Virus record (IMG/VR): IMGVR_UViG_3300001868_000225
Span: 1-52,879 of that record
Reading direction: 5' to 3' (one strand)
Source: a virus
Lineage: Duplodnaviria; Caudoviricetes
DNA length: 52,879 nt
Of the stretch, positions 8,034-19,146 are shown piece after piece; position 1 is the first letter of the stretch; every line of letters starts with the position of its first letter. Both the position numbers and the translations under genes were made by a program. The notes under the pieces were generated by a model. The model saw only the letters and a list, made by a program, of their open reading frames with translations. It did not search any database and was not told the origin of the DNA.

Positions 8034-9377
8034 TTATATTGTTAGTCTGTAAATTACTGACATCGTGGTTACAAATGTGCTGCCTCTTTTCCAAATCGTA
8101 TTTGGCTGAAATCCCAAACGGGTATCAGCCACGGGTTCTGCAAAAAACTGGTAACTAATGTTTTTTCCGGAAGGGTTTATAATTTTCGGTTTGCCAAAAG
8201 CAGTTGGCGTCGAAAAGAACAGGTAATTATCTCCTTCTTTGATGGGACTGTTCACTTCTATTTCGGATGTAGAAAAACCTATTTGTACCTCATTCGCCTG
8301 GTCATAATCCCCGCCATTAACACAAACAGCTATAAAGTAAGGATCTGGTTCGGGCAACGGACATGCCGATAAATTAGTTTCCGAAAATGGATATGGATCG
8401 CCCGAATTTACCCAGTCAGATCCGGTCTTTTTGGTTTGCTTTTGGCGTGTACCAATCTGAACGCCGGTATTGTCCAGATTTTCGTCAAGAACGCAACTTA
8501 CATCGGTATCAATATCCCTGGACTGGGTAACCGGAACGGTCCGGGTTACATTTCCAAAATTGGACCAATCTGCGTTGAATGATCTTCCGGTATCCGCCCC
8601 ATTCAGAACTAATATAAGTATATTGATATACCCTTCATATATTCGCTCACGGTAATATTCTTTTGAAATTACAATTGTTGCTTCTGTGATTGCTTCATCA
8701 GCTGCTACCTTCCCATATATATAATGGGTACCATCGTCTATTGTTCCAACCCTATCGCCGTAAACTAAGCATTCGCGGTGTATCGGAGTTGTGTCCGCCT
8801 CCAGCACATCAGCCAGGCTAATAATATCTTCACCTTCAACTGCGGCTGTGGTAGTTGCCGTATGCGTTGCAGTGGTAGCTTCCGGCTCGCCGGAGGCAGT
8901 GCAGGTAATAACAGCATCGCCAAACCAGTCTTCATCGTAATTTACTTCGCCGGTTCTGGCATTGATTGTATTCCCTGCCAGCAACGCATCGGCATCGAGC
9001 GTGTAGGTAAGCAGCGTGGCATTTACCGCCGTGGCCGTATAAGTCACTTTTTTGTGCCGCTGGATACGTTCGGATGTTTCGCCCAGTATAAAAACTGGTA
9101 TGCCTACGGTAGGATCATCTTCGTCAACCGGTAGGAGCGCCGGAACTATCGGGATCATCATTTCGCGGATCGCGTTCCAGTTGTGGATGAATATTTTTCC
9201 GCCGGTGAAACTCACTATTTCTACCCCATCAACTACGGCGCACGAAAATATGATACCATCAGGGTGCCATTCGCAATTCACATTTTTTGCGGGATAAGAG
9301 CGCCACAATGCCCTGATGATCTCTTTCATCTTTGTGTCGGTCGTAAGTGCCAGTGTATCTAAGTAACCTCGTGCCAT
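8034..9377 (-). CDS. Tail-associated protein with probable Ig-like segment
   Basis: Position in tail module; YTATA..LTYTL..INARTGEV..GDAVITCTASG beta-sandwich pattern. Confidence 0.6.
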   Translation of the reverse strand: MARGYLDTLALTTDTKMKEIIRALWRSYPAKNVNCEWHPDGIIFSCAVVDGVEIVSFTGGKIFIHNWNAIREMMIPIVPALLPVDEDDPTVGIPVFILGETSERIQRHKKVTYTATAVNATLLTYTLDADALLAGNTINARTGEVNYDEDWFGDAVITCTASGEPEATTATHTATTTAAVEGEDIISLADVLEADTTPIHRECLVYGDRVGTIDDGTHYIYGKVAADEAITEATIVISKEYYRERIYEGYINILILVLNGADTGRSFNADWSNFGNVTRTVPVTQSRDIDTDVSCVLDENLDNTGVQIGTRQKQTKKTGSDWVNSGDPYPFSETNLSACPLPEPDPYFIAVCVNGGDYDQANEVQIGFSTSEIEVNSPIKEGDNYLFFSTPTAFGKPKIINPSGKNISYQFFAEPVADTRLGFQPNTIWKRGSTFVTTMSVIYRLTI

Positions 9378-9518
9378 TAAAAGCCTCCCCCCTGCCCCTC
9401 CGAAGGAGGGGTGATAAGAATCACGCTGATTATTTGTATTTCATTCATAATTATGTATTTATCTTATTAAAAGCGTTCTTTAAGTCTCCCCCCATGGGGG
9501 AGATTTAGAGGGGGCTTT

Positions 9519-11441
9519 TTAATCAACTTTAAATGCTTTGATGGTTGTTTCGCTGATGCGATCAATGTATAGGGTGCAGCTCATTTCGTCAATCAGGAAT
9601 TCACCTTCGCGGGTACGGTATTTTTTACAGATGTTGTAAATCAAATGCCTCAGAACATTGACGGGGAAATCGAAGGTTCCGGTTACCGGAAGTCTATTCG
9701 CCCAAAATGGGTTCCAGTACCGCCAGAACTTTTCGAATATGCCTGAGATATACTCATATTCGAGATAAAACTTATTGTTGTCAGAAATCGAATACCCGGT
9801 GAAAGCATTGTTTCCGTAATTTCCGTAACCTGGTACCCGGAACATTAGTCGCGGACCAAACTCCTGCGATTTAGATGGCCATGCAGATGTATTGCCACTT
9901 TGCTCGACCGCAAGTGTTCCAAAGTTTGCATAAGGCGTGCTCCACAGTGTTTTGATTTCTTCCACTTCTTCGCGGCCAAATTCGTACCATCCGTCCTGGA
10001 ACCCAATAGAGGCTTCTTCCCATCCAAGGATATCTTTCGATCCAGCTTTTTTCGTTACCGGATCATCCTCCGATATGGTGATCCATTTGCATTCTGCAAA
10101 AATTCCGGAATTCGACACAAATCGTATGTCGCCGTCGTGACCTGGCACAAATCTAAGATCGTCCCAATCCATCACCTTTTCTTTCAGGTCACCACGTCGG
10201 TCGCTTAAATCTTTGAAGCGTTCTGAAAACACCAGGTCTTTATCGTCGTGCTTGCGGGTGAACTTGAGCGCTACGTTTTTCTTTTCGCCAATGTCCCAAC
10301 TTTCCAGGAAATACTTGTCGAGATCGGTAGAGCTACCAGTTAACAGGGCATCGCGCGAATAAATATTTACGGTTGAATTCGGTAAAAAATGAAGACAGAC
10401 GTTGAACAGGTTTTGAGTTGAAAGGAGCAATTCGCCCACCTTAAGTTTTGGCAGGTGATTTTTGGGGATGATCTTGTTTGGATTTGCCCGGACGTAGTAT
10501 GAAATTGATTTTCCCAATACTTTAACATTAGACTCGCCAATGGTGATATAATCACTAGTAGTTGTGAAGGTTGCCTTTGTGATGTCGAACGTGTTATAAA
10601 TAGCCAGATTTTTCAATGCGACGTGCGAACCCAGGTAATTTGCACCAATGGTGATATCGTGATCGGCCAGCGACTTCTGGATAATGTAATTTAAAAAGAA
10701 AAATGGCGAGACAACGCTTACCTTCGAAGCGCTGGGGAAACCGCCAGGGTTCCGGTTTGCAGGATCGGCAAGGCTGATATTTGAAGCAAACTGGTTAATT
10801 AACCCGCCACCGGCCACGGTGCTGTTTACCCGCCCGCCAACCAGTTCGCCCAGGATGGCGGTTGTAGTATATGCAAATAAATTGGTAAGTAATTCGGTAT
10901 CGTACTTTTCGGCGATTTGCTTTGCAGGGTTGTTCGGATCGGTCACCATTCGCTGGCATTCAACAATCAGCCCTTTTTCCTTAAAAAACCCGGAATTAAA
11001 AATCGGGAAACAGCAATAGGTATCATCGTCAGGCGTATATTGTGTTTTATTGACAAAAGTTTGTTCCTGCGCAAAAAATGAAATATCAAGGATCGAGCGT
11101 TCGGCTTCTTTTTCGCCCAACACACCCACCTGATCGATCAACGAGCAATTGTATTTACCGCCCGCACAATCGGTAATTGTTAAGGTGCCGGCCATCATCA
11201 ACGCGCCATCATCCCGGACATGAAAATCTGGAAACTTCTGATCGTTGGCGGCCCTGTATTTGGCATAGCGATGCGGGTTGCCAAACAATGCCTGAAAAAA
11301 ATCGTTGATCGGGAAACTAAAATCGAGGGAAAACCCGTTTGGAATTTTCTCGAAATTGCACACCGGACTTTTCCAGGTAAGTTGCATCGAGAAATCCTTC
11401 GGTATTGGTAGAAATCTTCCGGCTATATCGAGTGTTAGCAT
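9519..11441 (-). CDS. Tail tip/baseplate hub-like protein
   Basis: 640 aa; N-terminal FSLDFSFP..N..LFG pattern typical of tail hub proteins; second gene after the tape measure. Confidence 0.55.
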   Translation of the reverse strand: MLTLDIAGRFLPIPKDFSMQLTWKSPVCNFEKIPNGFSLDFSFPINDFFQALFGNPHRYAKYRAANDQKFPDFHVRDDGALMMAGTLTITDCAGGKYNCSLIDQVGVLGEKEAERSILDISFFAQEQTFVNKTQYTPDDDTYCCFPIFNSGFFKEKGLIVECQRMVTDPNNPAKQIAEKYDTELLTNLFAYTTTAILGELVGGRVNSTVAGGGLINQFASNISLADPANRNPGGFPSASKVSVVSPFFFLNYIIQKSLADHDITIGANYLGSHVALKNLAIYNTFDITKATFTTTSDYITIGESNVKVLGKSISYYVRANPNKIIPKNHLPKLKVGELLLSTQNLFNVCLHFLPNSTVNIYSRDALLTGSSTDLDKYFLESWDIGEKKNVALKFTRKHDDKDLVFSERFKDLSDRRGDLKEKVMDWDDLRFVPGHDGDIRFVSNSGIFAECKWITISEDDPVTKKAGSKDILGWEEASIGFQDGWYEFGREEVEEIKTLWSTPYANFGTLAVEQSGNTSAWPSKSQEFGPRLMFRVPGYGNYGNNAFTGYSISDNNKFYLEYEYISGIFEKFWRYWNPFWANRLPVTGTFDFPVNVLRHLIYNICKKYRTREGEFLIDEMSCTLYIDRISETTIKAFKVD

Positions 11442-11488
11442 CTTGTTTTATTTACGATTTTACTATTTACCATTTACTATTTAACAAC

Positions 11489-11516
11489 AGATTGCTTCGT
11501 ACCTCGCAATGACGGT
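11489..11516. repeat. REP family 2 (GATTGCTTCGTnCCTCGCAATGACGG)
   Basis: Copies at ~11490, 13252, 21240 (with inverted partner at ~21190), 25676, 29764. Confidence 0.8.
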
Positions 11517-11527
11517 CGGGAGTCAAT

Positions 11528-13108
11528 TTATTTATGGGCTTCAAAAACTTTGATACTGAAATTCTGGATATCCTGCATACTGTCGAAAATGAGGTTATCA
11601 CTAGGTTCGAGATAAACAGGGATCAGCTTTTTATAGGTCGAGCGTTCAGGATCGACCATCAACCGTTGTTTTGATGTTAAAAAATCACGCAATCCGCGCA
11701 TTTCGGAGGCTGTTTTTGCGCCGGTGTTAATTTCCCAGCTTCGTTGATCGGATGCTGATGTAGTTACCAGGCTTGCAACTTTTGTTCCTGAACCAACCGG
11801 TATTGGCTTATAAGCCTGTTCTGATTCGGTTGGTAACTTTTCTACATATTCGCCGGTTAGCCGGATGCAGTCCACTCCCGACTTCGGATTGACATAGTAA
11901 AACACAAATTCTTTTTCGTGATAGGTATTATCGACAACAAACCTTCGCCTCTCCGAAATGTCAACAATGTTTTCGCCATCCAAATGTGTTAGCCAAAAGG
12001 TGTATTCCAGAGCCTTGGTATCGAACGGCATATTCACGCCAGGGGGAATGTTGAAACCAAAAAAATAGGGATTGATTGTAAATTCGAACGATCCGGAGGG
12101 GATGAGAATCACATCTTCTTCATATTCAACTGGCGCGCCATCAGGGATGCCGGGACCAGAAATATCGCTTTTTACCTCCAAATGAAGGGTGGCCGGATGG
12201 TCTTCAGTCCACCGGCTTAAGTACCACAATTTCATCTCCTGTCGGTCACTTACCTTTTGATTGTTCGGAAGGTTTGTTAAAAACTTTCCGCCGTCGATGT
12301 ATTCCGATGCAAACGATTGACCAGCCTCGTTCAGTAATGCGAGTTCGTAAGGCCTGAGTTTGCCTTTTAATACCCGGATTACATTGTTTGTATTGATGTG
12401 CCTCCACGATTCGATCCTGACTCCATTTTCGTCGTTATACACTTCGCCGATGTCAATTGTCACAATTCGGACCAGTAATGGATGTGCCGCGAATTTTCCG
12501 ACTGCAGGAAAAGTAAAATCGTAATCATCAGGCGGATTAATCATCCCATTGATGTGAAATACAGCCTGAAGGTTTTCGTCGGGCGCAATTTCTTCGGGTG
12601 CAGGTGATCCAAACGGACCGGCGAAAGTAACTTTCACAGCCAGTTTATATTTTGATTTGCCCGCCATCATGTCCGAAGTGGTGGTAGCTGTGACTTGTAT
12701 TATATTGCCTGATAAATGTACCAGGCCTCCATGTACCAGTTCTGTATCTTCATCGGGTATTTCCCCGCTACCGGTCGCCAACAACTGAATATTTGCAGTT
12801 TCATCGTCATGCCAGTTGCCCACTAATTCTCCGGTTTCATCATTATAAAGCTCGACCCATTCTATCAGTATGTTCCCCGGCGAAGGTATCAAACTGTTTA
12901 TGTCGGTCCATGCATCGCCAGACACATCAGGAATAACATCGGAAGAATAAACAATATCTCCGACATTGGCGCCGTCGAGCATGGTAATCTTAAACATCAA
13001 GGAATAGCCTGTGGCGCCTTCAGGGATCACAACACCCGAAACATGCAACCAAATAGAACTGTCTAAGACTTGTATTGCACCACCTGGAATTATAAGAGCT
13101 ATGGCCAT
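11528..13108 (-). CDS. Minor tail protein (distal-tail-like)
   Basis: Directly downstream of tape measure; C-terminal YVNPKSGVD..LTG / INTG pattern. Confidence 0.55.
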   Translation of the reverse strand: MAIALIIPGGAIQVLDSSIWLHVSGVVIPEGATGYSLMFKITMLDGANVGDIVYSSDVIPDVSGDAWTDINSLIPSPGNILIEWVELYNDETGELVGNWHDDETANIQLLATGSGEIPDEDTELVHGGLVHLSGNIIQVTATTTSDMMAGKSKYKLAVKVTFAGPFGSPAPEEIAPDENLQAVFHINGMINPPDDYDFTFPAVGKFAAHPLLVRIVTIDIGEVYNDENGVRIESWRHINTNNVIRVLKGKLRPYELALLNEAGQSFASEYIDGGKFLTNLPNNQKVSDRQEMKLWYLSRWTEDHPATLHLEVKSDISGPGIPDGAPVEYEEDVILIPSGSFEFTINPYFFGFNIPPGVNMPFDTKALEYTFWLTHLDGENIVDISERRRFVVDNTYHEKEFVFYYVNPKSGVDCIRLTGEYVEKLPTESEQAYKPIPVGSGTKVASLVTTSASDQRSWEINTGAKTASEMRGLRDFLTSKQRLMVDPERSTYKKLIPVYLEPSDNLIFDSMQDIQNFSIKVFEAHK

Positions 13109-13179
13109 GGGATTTGTGATTTAAAGCCCCACCCCAACCCTCCCCAAAAGGGAGGGAGTTTGGCGCTATGGTTTATAAT

Positions 13180-13214
13180 CAAATTTGCTTTGTTTTTGCA
13201 ACGATAGAAAGGAC
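13180..13214 (-). promoter_or_regulatory. Late-promoter motif copy 3 (tail tip genes)
   Basis: GTCCTTT-N20-CAAATTTG. Confidence 0.65.
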
Positions 13215-13280
13215 AATATATTTACGATTTACTATTGTTCTACTTTCAGCGGATTGCTTCGTGCCTCGCAATGACGGTAA

Positions 13281-16200
13281 TTACTTCAGTCCGCCACCTG
13301 TGATTTTTTTATACTGTGTTTGTTTGCGTTCGAGCATTTCGATTGAGATTGCAAAGTCTTTTGAATCGAGTCGTTCGAGAATCGCACTAAGCCGGTCGAG
13401 TTGTTTGTCAGACATTCCGGATCCGGAAGAAGGAATGATGACAGGAGCCGTGCCACCTGAACCTGAAGTGGAAGAAGGTGAGGCATCTGATGAATAGCCA
13501 CCTGACTGTCTTCCAGCCGGAAGCATACCTGTTGCAGCTAACACATTGGGCAGATTAAGTTGGGCAATGGTACCGTTTTGCTGTGCCAGGTTAATGATGT
13601 CGAGTATAGGCTTAACGGTTGGATTTCGTACTGCAGGAGCTGAAGCAATAAATTCGTTTTTGTGGTAAATACCGTCTGGCTCGGAATCTGATCCATAATT
13701 GGAATAGCCACCTTCTTGCTTGCCTTCTAACATAGTTTGACGTTGAGAATTAGCAATAGCTAATTGTGCAACTCCGGTTGCTGTGAGTAATACGGCTGCA
13801 ATTGCTCCGCCAATAGGGCCAAGTTGGGCAAAACCTTGCATGATTGCAACAGCGGTATTTACAACTATTTCGGCGGTGGCCATCAGAAACTGTGCGGTTG
13901 CGTATTTCTTGTGTATTTGCGCTTTCTTTTCTTCGTTGTCGCCTGCTTTGGCAAGTTCGGCATCCATTAATGTCTGTACCAGATTTGAACCAAACGATAC
14001 AATTTGCTGAGCTTTCTGACCAAATTCTATGGCTTGATTTAACTTAGTCTGTTCATATTTCTTATTGATCTTCGCTTTAAGCTGTTGGTATTCTTCTTCA
14101 TTTTTGATTAAACCAGCCTTTTGCGCTTTGTCCAGTTCGGCAAGTGCATCGTCTCTTTCTTTTTTGGCATTTACTTCGTCTTCGCCATATTTCTTTTTCA
14201 GTTTGTCAAGCTCTTTTAACCGGTCTTCGTCGCCTTTCAGTGCGTTTTCGGCAAGGGCATTGATTTTCTCGGCAATTGCAGCGGCGGTATCGGCAGTATC
14301 TTCACCGTATTTTTGCTGTAACTCCAATTTTTTATTGAGGTATTCAATTTCTTTGGCAATAAGCAGCGCATTTGTTTCTTCCTCTGGCAAACCTTTGGCA
14401 AGGGCATCTTTTTTAACCTGTGCCAGTTCGTTTTTACCCTTATTTTCGAGATCATCAAGGTCTTTTTTGTACGATTTCTTTTTGTCTTCGGCAGTTTTCT
14501 TGTCGAGTTCTTCTTGAGCCTTTAATTGCTTATCAAGAATAGCCGCCATGGTATCGCTTGTATCGTCGCCATATTTTATCTGGAGTGCCAATTTTTTATT
14601 TAAAGCGTTCATCTCTTCCTCTTCCAAGGTTTTATTGTATTCTTCATCTGTGGCCTTAATATCAATCTGGTGTTGCTTAACCAGGTTCAATTCTTTACGG
14701 TTTGAAATATCGAGTGCTTTATAGGCATCTTCTTTAATCTTGTCTTTCGATTTATCTGCTTTAGAAGTCCCCAACTCTTTCAATGCATCAATTTCTTTCT
14801 GTTTTGCTTCAGCTTCCTTATTCCTGGCAGCAATATCCTTAGGTGTCGCGGCAATCCGTTCATTAATAATCTTCAATTCTTCTTCTTTGAGCTTAATCAG
14901 GTCCTGTTCAGGTTTAATATCAACAGGCTTTGGTGCGGAACCTCCTGGAATAATATATTTAATAGGGTTATTTTTCACGAAATCGCCAACAGTCTTTAGC
15001 GCTGACATGAATTTATACATCGCCCCAGTTTCTTTTTCAGCATAAGCAACTGATGCATCCGAATTCTTTTGCTCTTCCTGACCTAGTTCTTTTGTGATTA
15101 TTTTGATTTTTTCTTTTTGCTGATTAAGTTCGTCCATCTTTTTTTTCTGATTCGATGCAATAACTTCCTGTCGTTTTGCGGCTAATTCAGCTTGAGTTCC
15201 ACCAATAATAAAACCGTTCCATATTGATTGCCAAACTGTAGGATCAGCACCTTTCCCTGATGCCAAATCAAGTAACTCTTTTTCAATTTCAATTAGTTTT
15301 TCTTTTGCAGCTTGGGCTTTGGCGTTTTGCAAAATCGCTGTGGTATAATCATTAACCGCATCGGTAGCCTTTTGGGTATGGATAGATTCAAGCGTAAGAT
15401 TCCCCAGGTATGCCGGAGATAATTCATTTAACTGTTTGATTGCTTTCAAACGCTCTTCCTTTGAAAGTTTCTCATTTCTTGCAGTCTCAACTAGCGCTTC
15501 GAGATTTATTTTTTCTTCTACAATGCTTTTATGAGCTTCCAGGTTCACATCATTCACGGCTTTTTGGGCCTGTTGGGCAGCAGTAAGTCCACGTGAATAC
15601 ATAGTAAGTACGGTAATACCAGCAGCGAGTATGGCAAAAAATATTCCAATTGGGCTAATCCCGGTTTCAATTCTGAAAAGGCGCATAGCAATCGTAGCCT
15701 TTTCAACATTTCCGGTTAATAATGCTTGCGCGGCGGTTAATAATATAAGACCAGCTCGTTCAGCTCCAGTCCAGAATGCCTTTAATTTTGTTTGTACAAT
15801 ATTTAAAATATTTGCGGCATTTCTTCTTTCCTCCCATATTGCAGCCGCTTTAGCAGCTATCGTATATCCAATAACAGAAGCGGTTAGCGGTATTAGCACT
15901 CCTTTGGTTTCAATAAATAAATCAATTGCAATACTCAAGCCTTTAACAAAATAGGCTAATCCGCTAGTGCTGATGGTAAGAGCTGGGGTAAGCTTTTCGC
16001 CCAACTCAATGCTCATCAGGTTGAGCCGGTTCGATGCCTGGGCAAGTTTAGCTGCATGGGTATCGGTATTGACTGCAGCCTGCTCGAATGCCACATTGGT
16101 ACCGGTTACTGCCTTGGTGAAGTAATCAAACCGGTCGATACTGGTGGTTAAAATAGTTCCAACAGTAATGTTTCTTTTCCCGAAGACCTTAATCAATTCG

Positions 16201-17354
16201 TTATCTTTTTCCAGTGAGGTGTTTTTGGCATCTATTTTGGCCTTTAATTCCACGATAGCGTCGCGCATGTTAAAAACGCCGCTGACATAACCCAATCCGG
16301 CAGCTTTCAGGCTGATCAATGAAGTTTTGAATTGTGTGCCGGCCTCTTCGCCTTTTAACTGGCGTTCGGCCAGGGTTTCCAATACGCCAACAGTTTGCTC
16401 AAGGCTCAGGTTTGAATTAGCGGCTACCGTACCACAGGTTGACAGTGATTTGGTCAGGTCGTCAACTTCCGAACTTCCAGCCAGCGAACCGGCTCCCATT
16501 GCATTGATAATCCGGTTGGCTTCTGAAGCTCCTAAACCGAATTGGTTCATTGCTGCAGCAACGGCCTCGATGGCCGGCAGGGTTTCCAATTTCGAACCTT
16601 CGGCCAATATCAACGCAGCCTTGGTCACCTCCACCAGGTCTTCTTTATTCTTCAGCAAATCAGGACGGGCTGATCCCATTTTTTCAAACGCATCAACAAT
16701 ATCTGTTGCGCTCTTGGTAATTCGGATTCCACCTTCGAGGGTGGTGGTCGATAATTCTTTGGCTTTTTCGCCTAACCAGGTTAAATCTTCTCCAGTCAGT
16801 CCGGTGATGGCTGAAAGGTTAGCCATGCGTGCCTCAAAATCTTCGAACGACTTGATAATTTCGCGAACAGAAAAAATAAGCCCGGTTATTGCGATAACGC
16901 CTCCGGCCAGCACATTGAAATATTTATTTGCCCCATTGGTAATTCGTCCCCACAATGGAGTATTGGCCCTTTGTTCATTGCTGAGTTCGGCCAGTTTGGT
17001 TTTCAGAGCAACAACCGTTTTTTGCTGACCGGCAAGTCCGGGATCGGTTTGCTTCATTTTATGGAGGTCGTTTGTGGCTTTACGAACTGCTTGAGAAAGC
17101 TCGTTGAAACTGGCGCCATTGATATTTTTCAGTACATTCTGTACATCAAAGGCTTCCTTTTTCATATTCCGTATCTCGGTATTGGTAGCCTTTAACTGCT
17201 GCTGAAGGCGCTTTTCGGCCTGCGGATCACCAGCAGATGCAGCATCAAGCAATGCATCTTTTAGCTTTTTGGCTTTCTGGGTGAGTTTATCGAGTTCATC
17301 TTCGGCTTGTTTACCATCGAGAATTACTTTTGGGCGGGCTATTTCGTTCTTCAT
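13281..17354 (-). CDS. Tape measure protein (TP901-like core)
   Basis: 1357 aa, helical and Ala-rich; FEARMANLSAITG, AMNQFGL..EANRIIN, GEEAGTQFK motifs; TM stretches; start MKNEIAR (17393 lies in a REP). Confidence 0.92.
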   Translation of the reverse strand: MKNEIARPKVILDGKQAEDELDKLTQKAKKLKDALLDAASAGDPQAEKRLQQQLKATNTEIRNMKKEAFDVQNVLKNINGASFNELSQAVRKATNDLHKMKQTDPGLAGQQKTVVALKTKLAELSNEQRANTPLWGRITNGANKYFNVLAGGVIAITGLIFSVREIIKSFEDFEARMANLSAITGLTGEDLTWLGEKAKELSTTTLEGGIRITKSATDIVDAFEKMGSARPDLLKNKEDLVEVTKAALILAEGSKLETLPAIEAVAAAMNQFGLGASEANRIINAMGAGSLAGSSEVDDLTKSLSTCGTVAANSNLSLEQTVGVLETLAERQLKGEEAGTQFKTSLISLKAAGLGYVSGVFNMRDAIVELKAKIDAKNTSLEKDNELIKVFGKRNITVGTILTTSIDRFDYFTKAVTGTNVAFEQAAVNTDTHAAKLAQASNRLNLMSIELGEKLTPALTISTSGLAYFVKGLSIAIDLFIETKGVLIPLTASVIGYTIAAKAAAIWEERRNAANILNIVQTKLKAFWTGAERAGLILLTAAQALLTGNVEKATIAMRLFRIETGISPIGIFFAILAAGITVLTMYSRGLTAAQQAQKAVNDVNLEAHKSIVEEKINLEALVETARNEKLSKEERLKAIKQLNELSPAYLGNLTLESIHTQKATDAVNDYTTAILQNAKAQAAKEKLIEIEKELLDLASGKGADPTVWQSIWNGFIIGGTQAELAAKRQEVIASNQKKKMDELNQQKEKIKIITKELGQEEQKNSDASVAYAEKETGAMYKFMSALKTVGDFVKNNPIKYIIPGGSAPKPVDIKPEQDLIKLKEEELKIINERIAATPKDIAARNKEAEAKQKEIDALKELGTSKADKSKDKIKEDAYKALDISNRKELNLVKQHQIDIKATDEEYNKTLEEEEMNALNKKLALQIKYGDDTSDTMAAILDKQLKAQEELDKKTAEDKKKSYKKDLDDLENKGKNELAQVKKDALAKGLPEEETNALLIAKEIEYLNKKLELQQKYGEDTADTAAAIAEKINALAENALKGDEDRLKELDKLKKKYGEDEVNAKKERDDALAELDKAQKAGLIKNEEEYQQLKAKINKKYEQTKLNQAIEFGQKAQQIVSFGSNLVQTLMDAELAKAGDNEEKKAQIHKKYATAQFLMATAEIVVNTAVAIMQGFAQLGPIGGAIAAVLLTATGVAQLAIANSQRQTMLEGKQEGGYSNYGSDSEPDGIYHKNEFIASAPAVRNPTVKPILDIINLAQQNGTIAQLNLPNVLAATGMLPAGRQSGGYSSDASPSSTSGSGGTAPVIIPSSGSGMSDKQLDRLSAILERLDSKDFAISIEMLERKQTQYKKITGGGLK

Positions 17355-17430
17355 AACAAATGAAATAAGCAGCCCCCACCAAACCTCCCCCACAGGGGGA
17401 GGCTTAAGAAGGCTGCGATTGTTTATATTT

Positions 17431-17465
17431 CAAATGTAGTTTGGGGTAATAGTGAAGGAAAGGAC
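17431..17465 (-). promoter_or_regulatory. Late-promoter motif copy 4 (tape measure)
   Basis: GTCCTTT-N20-TACATTTG. Confidence 0.7.
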
Positions 17466-17492
17466 AGGTTCGACAGGCTCACATACTAAAAG

Positions 17493-17521
17493 AAAAACCC
17501 GCTGAGTGAGCGGGTTTTTTT
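17493..17521. terminator. Bidirectional terminator, moron repeat copy 1
   Basis: AAAAACCCGCT-gagtg-AGCGGGTTTTTT; identical at 19499-19529 and related at 18224-18253. Confidence 0.85.
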
Positions 17522-17541
17522 GTTGGGTAAAAAGCTTTTTT

Positions 17542-18174
17542 TTAAAATCTATATCTTAATCCAATTCCATCGGGGCCAATACTAATTTTTTTCATCCATT
17601 TATTACTATCAATTATTAGTATAGCACCCAAAAGGCTAAATCCATAGCCAACCTTTCTAATTGTATTTAAATCATTTGGATCATCTGTTTTTATAAATAA
17701 TGCAGAACTAACCAATGCAGTACCAAGAAAAGAAAACGTATATCCAGACATAATCTCGTTTCTGTATTTACCAGTACAATAACGAATATGGTCAATTTCA
17801 AATTTATAATTATCTGCAATTCTGGCATTGTCAGTAATCTTTTGCGATTCAATATCTTTAAGGGTAAGCTTACCTTCAACTAATTCTTTATCAGTCTTTA
17901 TTTTCAATAATTGGTTTAATGCAGATTGATCGAAATCAATTTTGTTCCGATTAACGACTGCCCTACTGCCTTTGTACAGGATAGTAAAGAAATATTTGTT
18001 TGCATCAATAATGTCAACAGCCTCTCCAGATGGAATCTTTAGAGTTGTTTTTACATCAGTTCCAACTTCAACAGATATTTGCCGTTTTGTTGTTCCTGTT
18101 ACCGGGGTTGTCTGGGCAATTGAAGTGCTTAAAAGCACAATACACAAAATAAATAATAAAGCTGGTTTTTTCAT
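17542..18174 (-). CDS. Moron: exported/membrane protein
   Basis: Signal peptide, soluble domain, two C-terminal hydrophobic helices; AT-rich; own terminator. Confidence 0.7.
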   Translation of the reverse strand: MKKPALLFILCIVLLSTSIAQTTPVTGTTKRQISVEVGTDVKTTLKIPSGEAVDIIDANKYFFTILYKGSRAVVNRNKIDFDQSALNQLLKIKTDKELVEGKLTLKDIESQKITDNARIADNYKFEIDHIRYCTGKYRNEIMSGYTFSFLGTALVSSALFIKTDDPNDLNTIRKVGYGFSLLGAILIIDSNKWMKKISIGPDGIGLRYRF

Positions 18175-18223
18175 TGTATTGATATTTGGTTTATCCCTGC
18201 AAGTTACGGAGTTTGGATGAAAT

Positions 18224-18253
18224 AAAAAACCCGCTTACTCAGCGGGGTTTTTT
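18224..18253. terminator. Bidirectional terminator, moron repeat copy 2
   Basis: AAAAAACCCGCT-tactc-AGCGGGGTTTTTT. Confidence 0.8.
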
Positions 18254-18255
18254 GT

Positions 18256-19146
18256 TTACAATTCAATGATATAAAAAAGTGGAATTATCTTAATATTGCT
18301 CATACCAGAAGAATTTAAGGCATCTATTTTAGTTAATATTGCTGAGCCCACTCCAGTTCCTGCAATTAAAAAATCAAGTTTTGAGCTTATATCATATTTA
18401 ATAATTCCACCCTTATCTTTAATTTTTTCTTCAATTTTTGAGATTGGAAAACTATCAATAGATTTACCGAAAATCAAGAATGTTTTATCTTTAAAATTAA
18501 GATTTTTAAGTTCTACAAAGGGAACCTCATACTTTTGTTCAATATCATCTAAATCTTCGGTATAAAAGTTATTTTTTGTAGACTTTTCATTAAATGCATT
18601 CTTTAAGTAAGAGTATAGATTAAATTTTACATGTTTTGAAAGCTCTATGAATAATTTAGCTAAAGCAATTGCATCTGTATCAGATTTATGGTCATCTAAA
18701 TAAGAAATTCCATAATACCTGCATAATTCTTTCATTCCGCACGGCTTGATTTCAGGATGCAAATTTTTTGCAATTTCGAGCGTTGAAATATATTCAAAAT
18801 TAACCTGATCAAGCTCATATAATTCAATACACTTACGTATTACTGAAATATCGGATGCTGTTTGGTGGACGATAACTATATTATCTGCCACTAATGATTT
18901 TAGCACTTTATTCCATATTTCAACGAAGTCTGGTGCATCCTTTACCATATCGTATGTTAACCCATGTTTACCTATACTTATTTGATTAAAAATAGTAGTC
19001 CGTGGATTTATGAGTGAGAAGAAAGTTTTATCAAGATCTATTTCATTATTTTCTATTTTTGCGATACCTATAGAAACTGGAGTAGTTCTTTGTTCACTTG
19101 CAGTTTCGAAGTCAATAGCGATAAAATTTCTCATACCCAGTTTCAT
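18256..19146 (-). CDS. DEDDh 3'-5' exonuclease (DnaQ-like) with C-terminal BRCT domain
   Basis: IDFET (Exo I), HQTASD (Exo II), HKSDTDA (Exo III); C-terminal FKDKTFLIFG..IKDKGG..ISSKLDFLIAG BRCT signature. Confidence 0.85.
   Translation of the reverse strand: MKLGMRNFIAIDFETASEQRTTPVSIGIAKIENNEIDLDKTFFSLINPRTTIFNQISIGKHGLTYDMVKDAPDFVEIWNKVLKSLVADNIVIVHQTASDISVIRKCIELYELDQVNFEYISTLEIAKNLHPEIKPCGMKELCRYYGISYLDDHKSDTDAIALAKLFIELSKHVKFNLYSYLKNAFNEKSTKNNFYTEDLDDIEQKYEVPFVELKNLNFKDKTFLIFGKSIDSFPISKIEEKIKDKGGIIKYDISSKLDFLIAGTGVGSAILTKIDALNSSGMSNIKIIPLFYIIEL

Noticed and set aside
4660-9377. Diversity-generating retroelement acting on tail fibres
   Set aside because: No reverse transcriptase in the window, and repeat differences are not confined to adenines; the missing right arm cannot be assessed
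13783-17195. Long + strand ORFs opposite the tape measure gene
   Set aside because: Shadow frames with Ser/Phe/Leu-rich composition and no motifs
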